Notes: generated from the letters alone by a model not told the origin. A stretch of DNA of 29,457 nt from Candidatus Hodarchaeota archaeon (GCA_048886685.1 JBHLKM010000029.1:1-29457); one strand, 5' to 3'; positions 8,352 to 17,767 are shown, numbered from the stretch's first letter. Program-made: numbers and translations.

Positions 8352-8870
8352 ATGGGAGAAACAAAAGACCCTACTCTCACAGAATATGAAAATTTAATTG
8401 AACAATTGATGCAGGAGAATGAAGCTTTAAAAAAACGAGTCTCTGAATTAGAGGAGGAAAATGATCTTCTCAAACATATAGATTACTCTTTTAATGAGCC
8501 TTCACCACCATCTATTGAGAAAGAAGCTAAAAAACCAATGAAATTATTTAAAAAAATAATTAAAAAAGATAAACCAGAATCTCTTGAACCAATCCAAGTA
8601 GAGATACTAGAATCTCCTGAACCCTTAGAAGAACCAGAATTAGATGTCTTATCTGATTTAGAAACACCTGTCCCAACTATAAGTAGTTCAAATAAGCCAA
8701 TTGTTGAAAGCTATTCAAGACGTCAGTGTCCTCACTGTGATAATAACCGACATATGTTTATTTATGAAGAAATCGACAAAACAAACATAATTATGGCTTA
8801 TCCACGCATTTATGGAAAGAAATATAAGTGTGGAAAATGTGGGACTTATTGGGTTGTAAAAAATGAGTAA
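8352..8870 (+). CDS. Coiled-coil, Pro/Glu-rich linker and C-terminal zinc-ribbon protein
   Basis: Heptad segment LTEYENLIEQLMQENEALKKRVSELEEENDLLK; CPHC...CGKCG. ATG at 8352 (TTG at 8340 is the alternative). Confidence 0.8.
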   Translation: MGETKDPTLTEYENLIEQLMQENEALKKRVSELEEENDLLKHIDYSFNEPSPPSIEKEAKKPMKLFKKIIKKDKPESLEPIQVEILESPEPLEEPELDVLSDLETPVPTISSSNKPIVESYSRRQCPHCDNNRHMFIYEEIDKTNIIMAYPRIYGKKYKCGKCGTYWVVKNE

Positions 8871-8957
8871 AGTTCTCAAATCTCTAGCATAATGGAAAAT
8901 TCAAAAGCTATTTACTCTTTTTAAATTTATGCAAATTACCTTAGACCAGGCAAGTTA

Positions 8958-9006
8958 AAGAAAATAGGCGAATTTCTTAAGATAAGAAAATAGGACTATT
9001 TCTTAA
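8958..9006. promoter_or_regulatory. Tandem pair of 23-bp imperfect palindromes, candidate double operator
   Basis: AAGAAAATAGGcgaATTTCTTAA (8958-8980) and AAGAAAATAGGactATTTCTTAA (8984-9006); 20/23 identical, 26-bp period, about 80 bp upstream of the cupin start. Confidence 0.6.
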
Positions 9007-9085
9007 ACATGTTCGAATTTAGTTTTAAATAGAATTTTTCGTTATAAAAGTTAGTTAATTTTGTATTCAATAAGATGAAAAAATT

Positions 9086-9412
9086 ATGAGTGAGAAAGAA
9101 ATTTTAGCCCGTGTATTTGATTTAGAAAAACTATTAGATTATCAAGATGGCTCAGTTGTCAGTAGAACTTTAATTAATAAAGATATTGGTACTGTCACGT
9201 TATTTTCTTTTGATAAAAATGAAGGATTGAGTGAACATACTGCACCTTTTGATGCTCTTGTTTATGTTTTTGATGGAGAAGCTGAAATCTCAATATCAAA
9301 GCAAGCATACATTGTTAAAAAAGGTCAGATGATAATCATGCCAGCGAATGAGCCACATGCATTAAAGGCGTTGGATCGGTTTAAAATGATGTTAGTGATG
9401 ATAAAGGCCTAA
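9086..9412 (+). CDS. Cupin domain protein (QdoI/Cupin_2-like)
   Basis: VVSRTL, TLFSFDKNEGLSEHTAPFDALVYVFDGEAEI, MPANEPHAL..FKMMLVMI. Confidence 0.9.
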   Translation: MSEKEILARVFDLEKLLDYQDGSVVSRTLINKDIGTVTLFSFDKNEGLSEHTAPFDALVYVFDGEAEISISKQAYIVKKGQMIIMPANEPHALKALDRFKMMLVMIKA

Positions 9413-9493
9413 ATACGTATTATTAAGTAATATCTTAGAACTTAAATCATAAACAACCTAAATTTTATATTTTTATTTTACTCTTATTAACCT

Positions 9494-9652
9494 GTGAATG
9501 GAAAAGAAATCACAGATGAAGAATTGGAAGAAGAACTCGATAAAGCATTTAAAGCTAGTGAAAGTAAAAGAGACGTGTTTAGTATCATAAGAAAAGAAAA
9601 AGAATCCTTAGAAGCTAAAGAAAAAAGAATAAGGGATAAATTTAAGCCCTAA
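9494..9652 (+). CDS. Small charged helical hypothetical protein (52 aa), missing from the ORF track
   Basis: GTG at 9494 to TAA at 9650-9652: MNGKEITDEELEEELDKAFKASESKRDVFSIIRKEKESLEAKEKRIRDKFKP; purine-rich, coding-like composition in an AT-rich gap. Confidence 0.55.
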   Translation: MNGKEITDEELEEELDKAFKASESKRDVFSIIRKEKESLEAKEKRIRDKFKP

Positions 9653-9692
9653 ATGATTACAATTTATATATATTTTTAGTTATAATATTATT

Positions 9693-10931
9693 TTAATGGG
9701 ATGTACCCTCTTCTTTGGGAATACTTTGCTTTGCTATTTTATATAAAAAAGACAGGATAAAAACAAATAATACAGATATACCAAATATAGAAAGATATAT
9801 TCCTGTTATGGTTTCTGATAGTGGGGATAATGTAGTAGGAACTAATGCAATTCCGATAAAATATCCTGCTGTGAGCAAACCTGCTAAGGCACCCCGCCTT
9901 TCTGGCGACAATATTTGACTATAATAAGTTATAGCTGGAAAAAGAGTTCCACCTGCGAGACCTGCAATTATCCACCCTATAGCTAAGCCAATAAATGCTT
10001 CTCTTTGAGTAATATCTCCAACTAGCAATAAAATCGTTAATGAAATGAATAATGAAACAGAACCAAAAACCAGTGGAATCTTGATACCTTTTTTCTTAAT
10101 CATAGTACCTGTTAAAGCGCCAGTTATTGCAGAACCGATTCCAGCTAAACCAAGTACCAATCCAACTAAAGTTTCATCTATTTCACCTGAAAGAATTCTC
10201 GAAGTCCATATATTTATCGCTAAATAGGTATGTGAAATTAAGAAAGCTGAAAATACCATTAGAATGATAACTGAACGCCTTAATTCTATTGAGAGCTGTG
10301 ATAACAAAATCTTTATCCCTGATTCCTCTGGAACTTTCTGAGGAGGTCTAGTGGATGAAAAAAAATAAATTAATCCAAATACACTGATTACTACAAATAA
10401 TATATAAATTGACTGCCATCCTATTAATAACATTTGAGATGCTATAAGAGGTCCTAATCCAACACCTAAATTAGCGCTGGCACCAAGAAATCCCATTTTT
10501 TTAGGAAAACTCGGTAATGCTGTTATATCTGTCATCAATGCAATCAACACTGGATTAATAAAACCAAACCCTATTCCCCCTAGGATGTTTGCTATTGCAT
10601 ACAGTTCCAATGAAAAAGATAAGGCAGCTATAACCATCGCAGAACCAAATAGGATTAAACCAATAATTAATACTGGGAATCTTCCTTTTATATCTGAAAT
10701 TACTCCAGAAAAAAGTTGAGTTATTGCAAATGGAAACATGAACGCAGGAATTGCAACTAGCACCGCACTTTTAGACACATCAAATTTAGTTGAAAGCTCG
10801 TGAAATAAGACGAGTATAACATTCCCGGTTAAAGGACCAAAGAAAAAAAGCAAATAAATAATAAATTCTAGAAATTTCGAAGATTTACCATTATTGGCAT
10901 TAGGTTCTTTATTTTCAGAAAATGAAGACAT
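9693..10931 (-). CDS. MFS transporter (drug:H+ antiporter-like)
   Basis: About 12 TM; motif A GVISDIKGRFPV; GVGLGPLIA (motif C-like); PERRGALAG. Confidence 0.9.
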   Translation of the reverse strand: MSSFSENKEPNANNGKSSKFLEFIIYLLFFFGPLTGNVILVLFHELSTKFDVSKSAVLVAIPAFMFPFAITQLFSGVISDIKGRFPVLIIGLILFGSAMVIAALSFSLELYAIANILGGIGFGFINPVLIALMTDITALPSFPKKMGFLGASANLGVGLGPLIASQMLLIGWQSIYILFVVISVFGLIYFFSSTRPPQKVPEESGIKILLSQLSIELRRSVIILMVFSAFLISHTYLAINIWTSRILSGEIDETLVGLVLGLAGIGSAITGALTGTMIKKKGIKIPLVFGSVSLFISLTILLLVGDITQREAFIGLAIGWIIAGLAGGTLFPAITYYSQILSPERRGALAGLLTAGYFIGIALVPTTLSPLSETITGIYLSIFGISVLFVFILSFLYKIAKQSIPKEEGTSH

Positions 10932-11019
10932 AATTTTACTATCATTATTTACTCTATTTAAAGTATGTTCTTATGATTTCATTTGAAGAAATTTAATGAG
11001 CAACAATAATTTTTCCACG

Positions 11020-12486
11020 TCAGATATCAATAGGCACTTCTATTGTTGGTAAAATAATTTCCATTCTTTTATTTCTAAAAAGCTTCTCAAATAATTCGGG
11101 ATAATTAGTATGTACTGGTATTAACTTTTCAGGATTTATTCCGTTGATAAATCTAATTAGATCATGAACTTTAGCATGACCTGAAGAATGTATTCGATAT
11201 GAAGGAATTCCTTTATCTAATAGCTCATTTGAAATTTGGTTTTTATAAAATCTGTAATCTTCAGCGTATGGATCGATATTAGAACAAATAAACGCACCTC
11301 TCAGATGGGTTGGTATAAAATTTTTAATCTTATTATAATCCCAATTTGAAGCAAAATATAGAAAAAACTTCCCGTCAAGATTTCTTAAATCATCTAAAGA
11401 AATTCGTCGCTTTACCATTTTATCCCCTTCTAATATTTTATTTAAATTCTTTTTCCAGGGTAATTTTACATCATCCTGAGACAAAATAAAAATATTTTCA
11501 TTTAATTCAATATTAGGATTTTTCATGGTATCATAAATAGCTTTCTTATTCAACCTGCTGTAGAAATATGCATCTTTCTCACTAATAATAAACTTCCAAT
11601 TATATTTTTTTGCTATATCTACGTATGTTCTAAACCTATCCCAGTCTACTCTATCATAATGTACAAGAGCGTAATCGAATAATTTATAGCCAAATAACTT
11701 CCTTAAATGCTGTTTTACTATTCTCTCTGATTCAATCACACCTTTATTAATATGTGTACCCTCACAGATTAATGTTTTTATATTTTTTCCTTTTTTCTTG
11801 CTTATTTCTTTAGCTCTTCGCATTAAGTCTATCGTCATTAATCGGAGTGGTCCATGCATTCGAAAATCTCCTGAGTATACGATGATTCCTTCTGAGGTAC
11901 ATATAATAAATCCATAAGCACCAGGGATGGAATGATCAACATGAACGGGATATATTTCCATTCCCTTGATATTAATAATATTTCCCGTTCTAAAGCGAAT
12001 CCATTGTAATCCATGTAAAAAATTTTCGAATTTGGGCGGAGAGCACAATGATAAGGCTTTTATTATTCTTTTAGTCACTACACCAGCATAAATTGGTATA
12101 TTTCGATTAACGAATGAAAGTCCTTGATAATGATCTCTATGCGGGTGCGAAATTAAAATTCCATCAAGATCTGAAGGGGGATCTACCTTATTTTCACATT
12201 CTTTTACTTTTTGGCGATATTTGTATTTAGTATGGTCATATATGAAATATCTTGAATACAGGTTCTGAACTGGAAGGTCTTCTCCTCGAGGTAATACATG
12301 ACTTTTAGTTAGTTGTCCAATTTCAATTGGATCTGGAGTCTCCAATCGAACACGTGCGAAATCGGATGAATTTATCCCAAAATCAATAAATAATTTAACA
12401 TTGAATACATTGTCTTCTAATAAAACTTTATTTCCCCCTACTTTATTTAATCCGCCATAAAATGTTAACTTGATTGCAGATTCCAC
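11020..12486 (-). CDS. MBL-fold beta-CASP ribonuclease (RNase J-like)
   Basis: GG..VGGNK, IDFG, ISHPHRDH, VDHSIPGA, YSGDFRMHG, CEGT, HSSGHA, IPVHT. Confidence 0.88.
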   Translation of the reverse strand: MESAIKLTFYGGLNKVGGNKVLLEDNVFNVKLFIDFGINSSDFARVRLETPDPIEIGQLTKSHVLPRGEDLPVQNLYSRYFIYDHTKYKYRQKVKECENKVDPPSDLDGILISHPHRDHYQGLSFVNRNIPIYAGVVTKRIIKALSLCSPPKFENFLHGLQWIRFRTGNIINIKGMEIYPVHVDHSIPGAYGFIICTSEGIIVYSGDFRMHGPLRLMTIDLMRRAKEISKKKGKNIKTLICEGTHINKGVIESERIVKQHLRKLFGYKLFDYALVHYDRVDWDRFRTYVDIAKKYNWKFIISEKDAYFYSRLNKKAIYDTMKNPNIELNENIFILSQDDVKLPWKKNLNKILEGDKMVKRRISLDDLRNLDGKFFLYFASNWDYNKIKNFIPTHLRGAFICSNIDPYAEDYRFYKNQISNELLDKGIPSYRIHSSGHAKVHDLIRFINGINPEKLIPVHTNYPELFEKLFRNKRMEIILPTIEVPIDI

Positions 12487-12715
12487 TTAATTTCATCTCT
12501 TTTGGCAATTTAGTCTTAAATAATTATAATCTTCAAAATTAGTAAGTACAATACAAGAACAATACTTTTATTTAAAAATTTTAGTATTTATCATAAAATT
12601 GTTAAACACTACATAAATAAACTCATCATAATCAAATTAAAGATGAGATATTTACTAATTATATATGATAAAGATAAAAATTTTTATTAAAATTCATATA
12701 GAAAACTGGTAAAAA

Positions 12716-14236
12716 ATGACCTCTATTACAATTTATGATGGAACCAATACCATTGGTGGAAATAAAATTCATGTGAATGAGAATGGAAAAAGTTTTTTTC
12801 TCGATTTCGGAATGAACTTTAAAAAATATGGATTTTTTTTCCAAGAATTCTTATCTTCTAGAGGAAATCGAGGAATTTACGACCTTATTCAACTCAACCT
12901 AATTCCAAAGCTTAATATTTATCGTAAAGACTTAGTTCCATCGGATCTTGATATATCTAAATTTCCTAACTTAGATGTAGATGCTATTTTACTAAGTCAC
13001 GCACATATGGATCATTTTGGGAATATTGGGTTACTTAATCCGAAGTACCCCATTATTGCTTCCCCCTCAACTTTAATGTTACTTAAGGGGATCTTAGATT
13101 GTTCTACTGTTATGCTTGGATCTGATGTAGCATACTATTCCATTAAAAAACAAAAAGAAGATGGAAGAATCTTAGAAACTGAAAGAGGTAAAGATATCGG
13201 GAGAGATTTTATATGTACTAAAAACTTTTCTGAAGAACTTACTGATTTTATGGTTACACGTGTTACGAAAAGAAAAACATACGAAGAAGGCAATATTACT
13301 CAATTGAAAGATTATCCCTTAGATTTTGAGATCGTGCCTTATGAGGTTGATCACTCCATTTTTGGCGCCACAGCTTTTTTAATTACGGGGGAAACAAAGA
13401 TAGCATATACGGGTGATTTCCGTTTACACGGTAAAAAAGGAAAAAAAAGTGAGAAATTTATAAATGAAGCTAAGGGAGCTTCAATCTTAATTATAGAAGG
13501 GACTAGAACCGCTAAGGAAGATATTAGTGAATCAGAAGATATCGTTTATGAGAATTGCAGAAGAGCTGCTGAAATAGCAAAAGGACTAATTGTTGCTGAT
13601 TTTTCTGCAAGAAATTTTGAAAGACTGGAGACATTTCAAAAAATTGCGAAACATGTAGGAAGATCGCTTGTTATTACACCCAAAGATGCTTATTTGCTTA
13701 ATGCTCTGAAAAAAGCTGATGGGATAAATAGAATTAAAGATTTATATGTGTATAAAGATCTTAAAACCATAAAAAAGGGCTGGGAAAATCTCCTTCTAGA
13801 AGAGCAACTCGATGTAAAATTCTTAGACCCAGAAGAGATCGCAAAAGACCACGAGAACTTCCTAATATGCTTCTCACTTTTCGATATGAAAAATTTGTTG
13901 GATATTAAACTTAAATCGGGTACTTATATTTATTCCTCAAGTGAAGCATTTGAAGAAGAATCTGAATTTGATTTCTTAAGATTAAACAATTGGCTTGATT
14001 ATTTTAAATTCAAAATTTATGGGTTTGAAGTCGTGGAAGAAGGAGGCAGGGAAAAACCGAAATTTACCAAAGGATTTCATGCTTCTGGGCACGCTTCCAA
14101 AAAGGATTTAACATGGGCAATTGATACAATTAATCCTGATATTATAATACCTGTGCATACTGACAATCCCAAGTGGTTTGAGGATAACTTTGAAAACACA
14201 GTGCTATTAGATGATGGTCAAACTCATGAAATATGA
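12716..14236 (+). CDS. MBL-fold beta-CASP ribonuclease (RNase J-like), second paralog
   Basis: IGGNKI, LDFG, LSHAHMDH, VDHSIFGA, YTGDFRLHG, IEGT, HASGHAS, IPVHT. Confidence 0.9.
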   Translation: MTSITIYDGTNTIGGNKIHVNENGKSFFLDFGMNFKKYGFFFQEFLSSRGNRGIYDLIQLNLIPKLNIYRKDLVPSDLDISKFPNLDVDAILLSHAHMDHFGNIGLLNPKYPIIASPSTLMLLKGILDCSTVMLGSDVAYYSIKKQKEDGRILETERGKDIGRDFICTKNFSEELTDFMVTRVTKRKTYEEGNITQLKDYPLDFEIVPYEVDHSIFGATAFLITGETKIAYTGDFRLHGKKGKKSEKFINEAKGASILIIEGTRTAKEDISESEDIVYENCRRAAEIAKGLIVADFSARNFERLETFQKIAKHVGRSLVITPKDAYLLNALKKADGINRIKDLYVYKDLKTIKKGWENLLLEEQLDVKFLDPEEIAKDHENFLICFSLFDMKNLLDIKLKSGTYIYSSSEAFEEESEFDFLRLNNWLDYFKFKIYGFEVVEEGGREKPKFTKGFHASGHASKKDLTWAIDTINPDIIIPVHTDNPKWFEDNFENTVLLDDGQTHEI

Positions 14237-14366
14237 TTTGGGAGAGAATTTTTAGCATCAAACTCATAATAGAATACAACAATTCTAAATATTTTTAACT
14301 TTATAATGTGAATCTTAAAAAAGAATAATTGAATTAATTATTCAAAAAAATAATTTATGATTAAAA

Positions 14367-14951
14367 ATGACAAAAAATAGAATTCGACCTGGTGTATATG
14401 TATATCCCATGCCTGTTTCACTTATTGGAACAATGGTGAAAGGAAAACCAACCTTTATGGCGTTAGCATGGATTAATGTCGTGGAATATAAACCCCCGTT
14501 AATTGCTATTGCTTCCTTTGAAACACATTACACAAACATTGGTATGAAAGAAAATATGACTTTTAGTGTAAATATTCCATCAGAAGGGATGGTAGAAGTT
14601 GCGGATTATGTCGGTGTAGTGTCAGGTATGGAAGTGGATAAATCAGAAGTTTTTGAAGTTTTTTATGGAGATTTAAAAACAGCTCCTATGATAACACATG
14701 CTCCGGTAAACCTTGAGTGTAAGGTTGTAAAAATAATTGATACTAAGGAATTTTCAGAAGCAAAAAAAGGACATGAACTCTTTATAGGGAAAGTAATCGG
14801 TGCTTATGCTGATGAGTATTATCTTACAAATGGAATACCAGACATAACGAAATTGAAACCCTTTGTATTTTCAATTGATAATAAATATTGGAAAATAGGA
14901 GAATTTCTTGGAGCGGCTTTTAGCATAGGAAAAACCTATAAGAAAAAATGA
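14367..14951 (+). CDS. Flavin reductase-like (flavoredoxin family) protein
   Basis: YPMPVSLIG, PPLIAI, HYTNIG..EN.TFSVNIP, D..G.VSG..VDK, APMI...PVNLEC, HELFIG. Confidence 0.9.
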   Translation: MTKNRIRPGVYVYPMPVSLIGTMVKGKPTFMALAWINVVEYKPPLIAIASFETHYTNIGMKENMTFSVNIPSEGMVEVADYVGVVSGMEVDKSEVFEVFYGDLKTAPMITHAPVNLECKVVKIIDTKEFSEAKKGHELFIGKVIGAYADEYYLTNGIPDITKLKPFVFSIDNKYWKIGEFLGAAFSIGKTYKKK

Positions 14952-15007
14952 TCATAAATGTTTTATAATAATAGAATAGTTTAGTTTTAATTAGGAAATG
15001 ATTTAAA

Positions 15008-15481
15008 ATGAGCAGTTTAGTAGTTTATTATTGAAGAAAAGGTACAACCAAAAAAATCGGCGAATTAATTTCGACTGAAGCAAATTGGGAAAGCGAGGAA
15101 ATTATAGACACTAAAAAGCGCAAAGGATTTATAGGTTTTCTAAAGTGTGGTAAAGATGCCACATTGAAAAAGTTAGCAAATATTAAAGAAATTCAAAAAA
15201 ATCCAGAATTATATGATTTAATCATATTAGGGACACCAATTTGGAATAAGAGAATGACACCGGCGATTAGAACCTATATCACAAAATTTAAATCTAAAAT
15301 TAAGAATGTTGCTTTTTATTGCACTGAAGGTGGAAGTGGTGGGCAAAAAACATTCGAAAGCATGGAAAAATTGTGTGATAAAACACCAATTTCAACTTTA
15401 GAAATTACAAAAAATGAAATTAAGAATGGAGATTATAAAGATAAAATCAAGAGCTTTATACAAGCTCTCAAAGCAGATTAA
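15008..15481 (+). pseudogene. Flavodoxin with in-frame TGA at codon 9 (probable nonsense allele; recoding not excluded)
   Basis: ATG at 15008 reads MSSLVVYY*RKGTTKKIGELI...GF.GFLKCGKDA and runs in frame into the 15164-15481 ORF (YDLIILGTPIW, VAFYCTEGGSG). TGA at 15032-15034 replaces the Ser of the flavodoxin YYS-x-T-G-x-T loop. Confidence 0.75.
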
Positions 15482-15603
15482 TCTTTTGCTTAAATAAATC
15501 TCTCCTTTATTCTTCCTGTTCTTAAAGAAAATTGATTGAAGAATAGACAGATATGTCTAATGTATTGATTAATTTTTAATAAATATTATGCATACTATAC
15601 TCT

Positions 15604-16734
15604 ATGACTGAAGTAGATTATTATGATGTTGTAAGAAAGAAGTTAGTTTTAGGACCAATAAGCGCCCCGAAACATAGAAAAATAACTAAGCTAATGAAGG
15701 TATTTTGGAATGAAGAAGAAATTAAGTTGCTTTCTCACTTTGACTCAGCTGACAGCTGGACATCATTAAGACAATTAGAAGAAAGATCGGGAATACCGAA
15801 AGATGAAATTAAGCAGAAATTAAAAAGATCTTTAAGAATCGGTACGATATCTAAAAGAGGTTCTAAATATTGTCTTGAACCAATAATCCCAGGAATTTTT
15901 GAGAAGTATTTTCAAAGAAGTCTCGATACTGAAGAGAATTTAAATAAAGCAGCTCAATTATATAGAGATATTATGAAGCAGGTAATGCCTCAAAATACCC
16001 GTGATAACGATTGGAGTCTTTTCCGTCCACTTCTTCCCTTGGAGGCAAATGAAAAACTAATCGAAATTAATAAGGATTATGATGTTCAATCACAAACCTT
16101 ACCATATGAAACGGTAATGAACCTTATTGATAAACACGATCAATTTGGGGTAATAACTTGCCAATGCCGTTTGATAGGTGAATTATCTGGAGAACCCTGT
16201 GAAGTAGCTCCAGCAGAGATGGGATGTTTTATAGCTGGTCCAGCAGCTCAAATGATGGTTGATAATGGAGTTCGTGGAGCGAGAGTATTAAATAAGGAAG
16301 AAGCTATTGAATTTCTCAAAGAAACCGAAAAAAAAGGCTTAGTACATAATGCTATTTTTGATACCGGTTTTGAATCTTCAAATTTCTTTTGCAATTGCTG
16401 CGGTTGCCATTGTGGAGCTTTATTTCCCGCAAATATATTTCACGAAAGGGGAACTATTCAGTCTAATTATTCCCCTAAGTTTAATAACGATCTCTGTACA
16501 AAATGCGAAACTTGTATGAGAAAATGTCCTCATGGAGCAATATATCATAGATTTCAAAATGAATATAACTTACATGATGAACAAATGGTTGTAAAGGAAG
16601 AGTTGTGCATAGGCTGTGGCATTTGCGCAGCAAATTGTCCAAATGATGCTCTTAAAATGATAAAAATACGAGACAATATTCCCCCAGAAAAACAGCTAAT
16701 AGGAAATAAAACTTTTACAGAAATGCTGCAATAA
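15604..16734 (+). CDS. 4Fe-4S dicluster protein with N-terminal HTH-like region and Cys-rich central domain
   Basis: CQCR, GLVH, CNCCGCHC, CTKCETCMRKCP, CIGCGICAANCP. Confidence 0.88.
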   Translation: MTEVDYYDVVRKKLVLGPISAPKHRKITKLMKVFWNEEEIKLLSHFDSADSWTSLRQLEERSGIPKDEIKQKLKRSLRIGTISKRGSKYCLEPIIPGIFEKYFQRSLDTEENLNKAAQLYRDIMKQVMPQNTRDNDWSLFRPLLPLEANEKLIEINKDYDVQSQTLPYETVMNLIDKHDQFGVITCQCRLIGELSGEPCEVAPAEMGCFIAGPAAQMMVDNGVRGARVLNKEEAIEFLKETEKKGLVHNAIFDTGFESSNFFCNCCGCHCGALFPANIFHERGTIQSNYSPKFNNDLCTKCETCMRKCPHGAIYHRFQNEYNLHDEQMVVKEELCIGCGICAANCPNDALKMIKIRDNIPPEKQLIGNKTFTEMLQ

Positions 16735-16745
16735 AATTCTTAAAG

Positions 16746-16762
16746 TTTTTTTTTCTTTCTTT
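16746..16762 (+). terminator. Oligo-T tract, probable terminator
   Basis: TTTTTTTTTCTTTCTTT just after the stop at 16734. Confidence 0.4.
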
Positions 16763-16955
16763 AAACTAAGATTATCTTCTAATTTTACTGCTATAGTTTT
16801 GATCCATTTAAAATAAAATAAAAAAAAGGGAATATGTAAGATTTAAAATAATCGAGAGAAGAAGTTTAAAACACCCTTATTATATATTTTTTATCTTGCA
16901 AAATTCCTTATTCTTAATGCTTTTTACTAACCTTTTTTACTAATAAATTAATTTA

Positions 16956-17210
16956 TTAATAAAATGATTTTCGGCCACGTGAGCTCATTCGAGGTCCTTT
17001 TTGAGTAATCTTTACACCACTAGCTTGAGGACCCTTTTTCCCCTCTGTGATTTCATACTCTACGATGTCCCCTTCATAGATAATCTTAAATTCATCACTC
17101 TCTCCTTGAATCGCAGTATAGTGAACGAACACATCTGGGGAACCATCATCAGGGGTTATAAACCCATAGCCTTTCTTGCTATTAAACCATTTTACTGTTC
17201 CTTTTACCAT
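16956..17210 (-). CDS. cspA: Cold-shock domain protein
   Basis: [15 protein letters not shown] (RNP1), DVFVHYTAI (RNP2), GKKGPQA; basic C-terminal tail. The symbol denotes the family. Confidence 0.95.
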   Translation of the reverse strand: MVKGTVKWFNSKKGYGFITPDDGSPDVFVHYTAIQGESDEFKIIYEGDIVEYEITEGKKGPQASGVKITQKGPRMSSRGRKSFY

Positions 17211-17386
17211 TGAAAAAACCTAGGTATTTTCATGAAAATTGGTACATATTAATTATGCACCAATCAAGATTTTTAAGAATTCCATTGTAATATATTTTTC
17301 TAAAATTTAACAGTATAAAATCATAGACTGATGCAAGAAAAATAAGAAATTTGAATCTGATTTACCACTATCTTACATAGAATTTG

Positions 17387-17767
17387 TTAATAAGAAAATG
17401 CCTGAAACCATTCAAATACTAATGGAAGATTTTCAATTATTCGGTATTTAATATCCTTATGTAACACCACCATGAAAATCTCCCCAAGTTTTCTTATTTT
17501 TTGATAAACTTCTTCGTCTGTAATTTCCTTAAGGTTGTTCTTTTCATCTGTATCAATATAAAAGATTATATAGTCATCCATATCAGCATATTCTGCTCCC
17601 CAGCAATATTCAATCTCTTCTTGTAAATGTGAAATAAATTTAGGTAGAGTTTCTTCAAGGGAAATCCATCCGTCTATTGAAATATCCTCATCTTTGAATA
17701 AAACAAAAAAATTTGCTATAACTTCTGAACGTTGAAAATTTTGCATTATTTTTTTAAAGTCGGGCAT
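17387..17767 (-). CDS. Hypothetical acidic protein
   Basis: 126-aa ORF with ATG start filling the gap; no motif recognised. Confidence 0.65.
   Translation of the reverse strand: MPDFKKIMQNFQRSEVIANFFVLFKDEDISIDGWISLEETLPKFISHLQEEIEYCWGAEYADMDDYIIFYIDTDEKNNLKEITDEEVYQKIRKLGEIFMVVLHKDIKYRIIENLPLVFEWFQAFSY

Noticed and set aside
8958-9006. Mini CRISPR array
   Set aside because: Only two units separated by 3 bp, with no spacer-length sequence and no cas genes.
14218-14267. 10-bp direct repeat TCAAACTCAT spanning the end of the second RNase J-like gene
   Set aside because: Too short in AT-rich DNA, and no element lies between the copies to suggest a target-site duplication.
15164-15481. Stand-alone 105-aa protein from the ORF track
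   Set aside because: It is the C-terminal part of the flavodoxin starting at 15008 and lacks the FMN-binding loop.
15508-15545. SECIS element for the flavodoxin UGA
   Set aside because: The 8-bp AT-rich stem lacks a recognisable AUGA/GA core, so it is not supportable by eye; kept only as a check in the flavodoxin finding.
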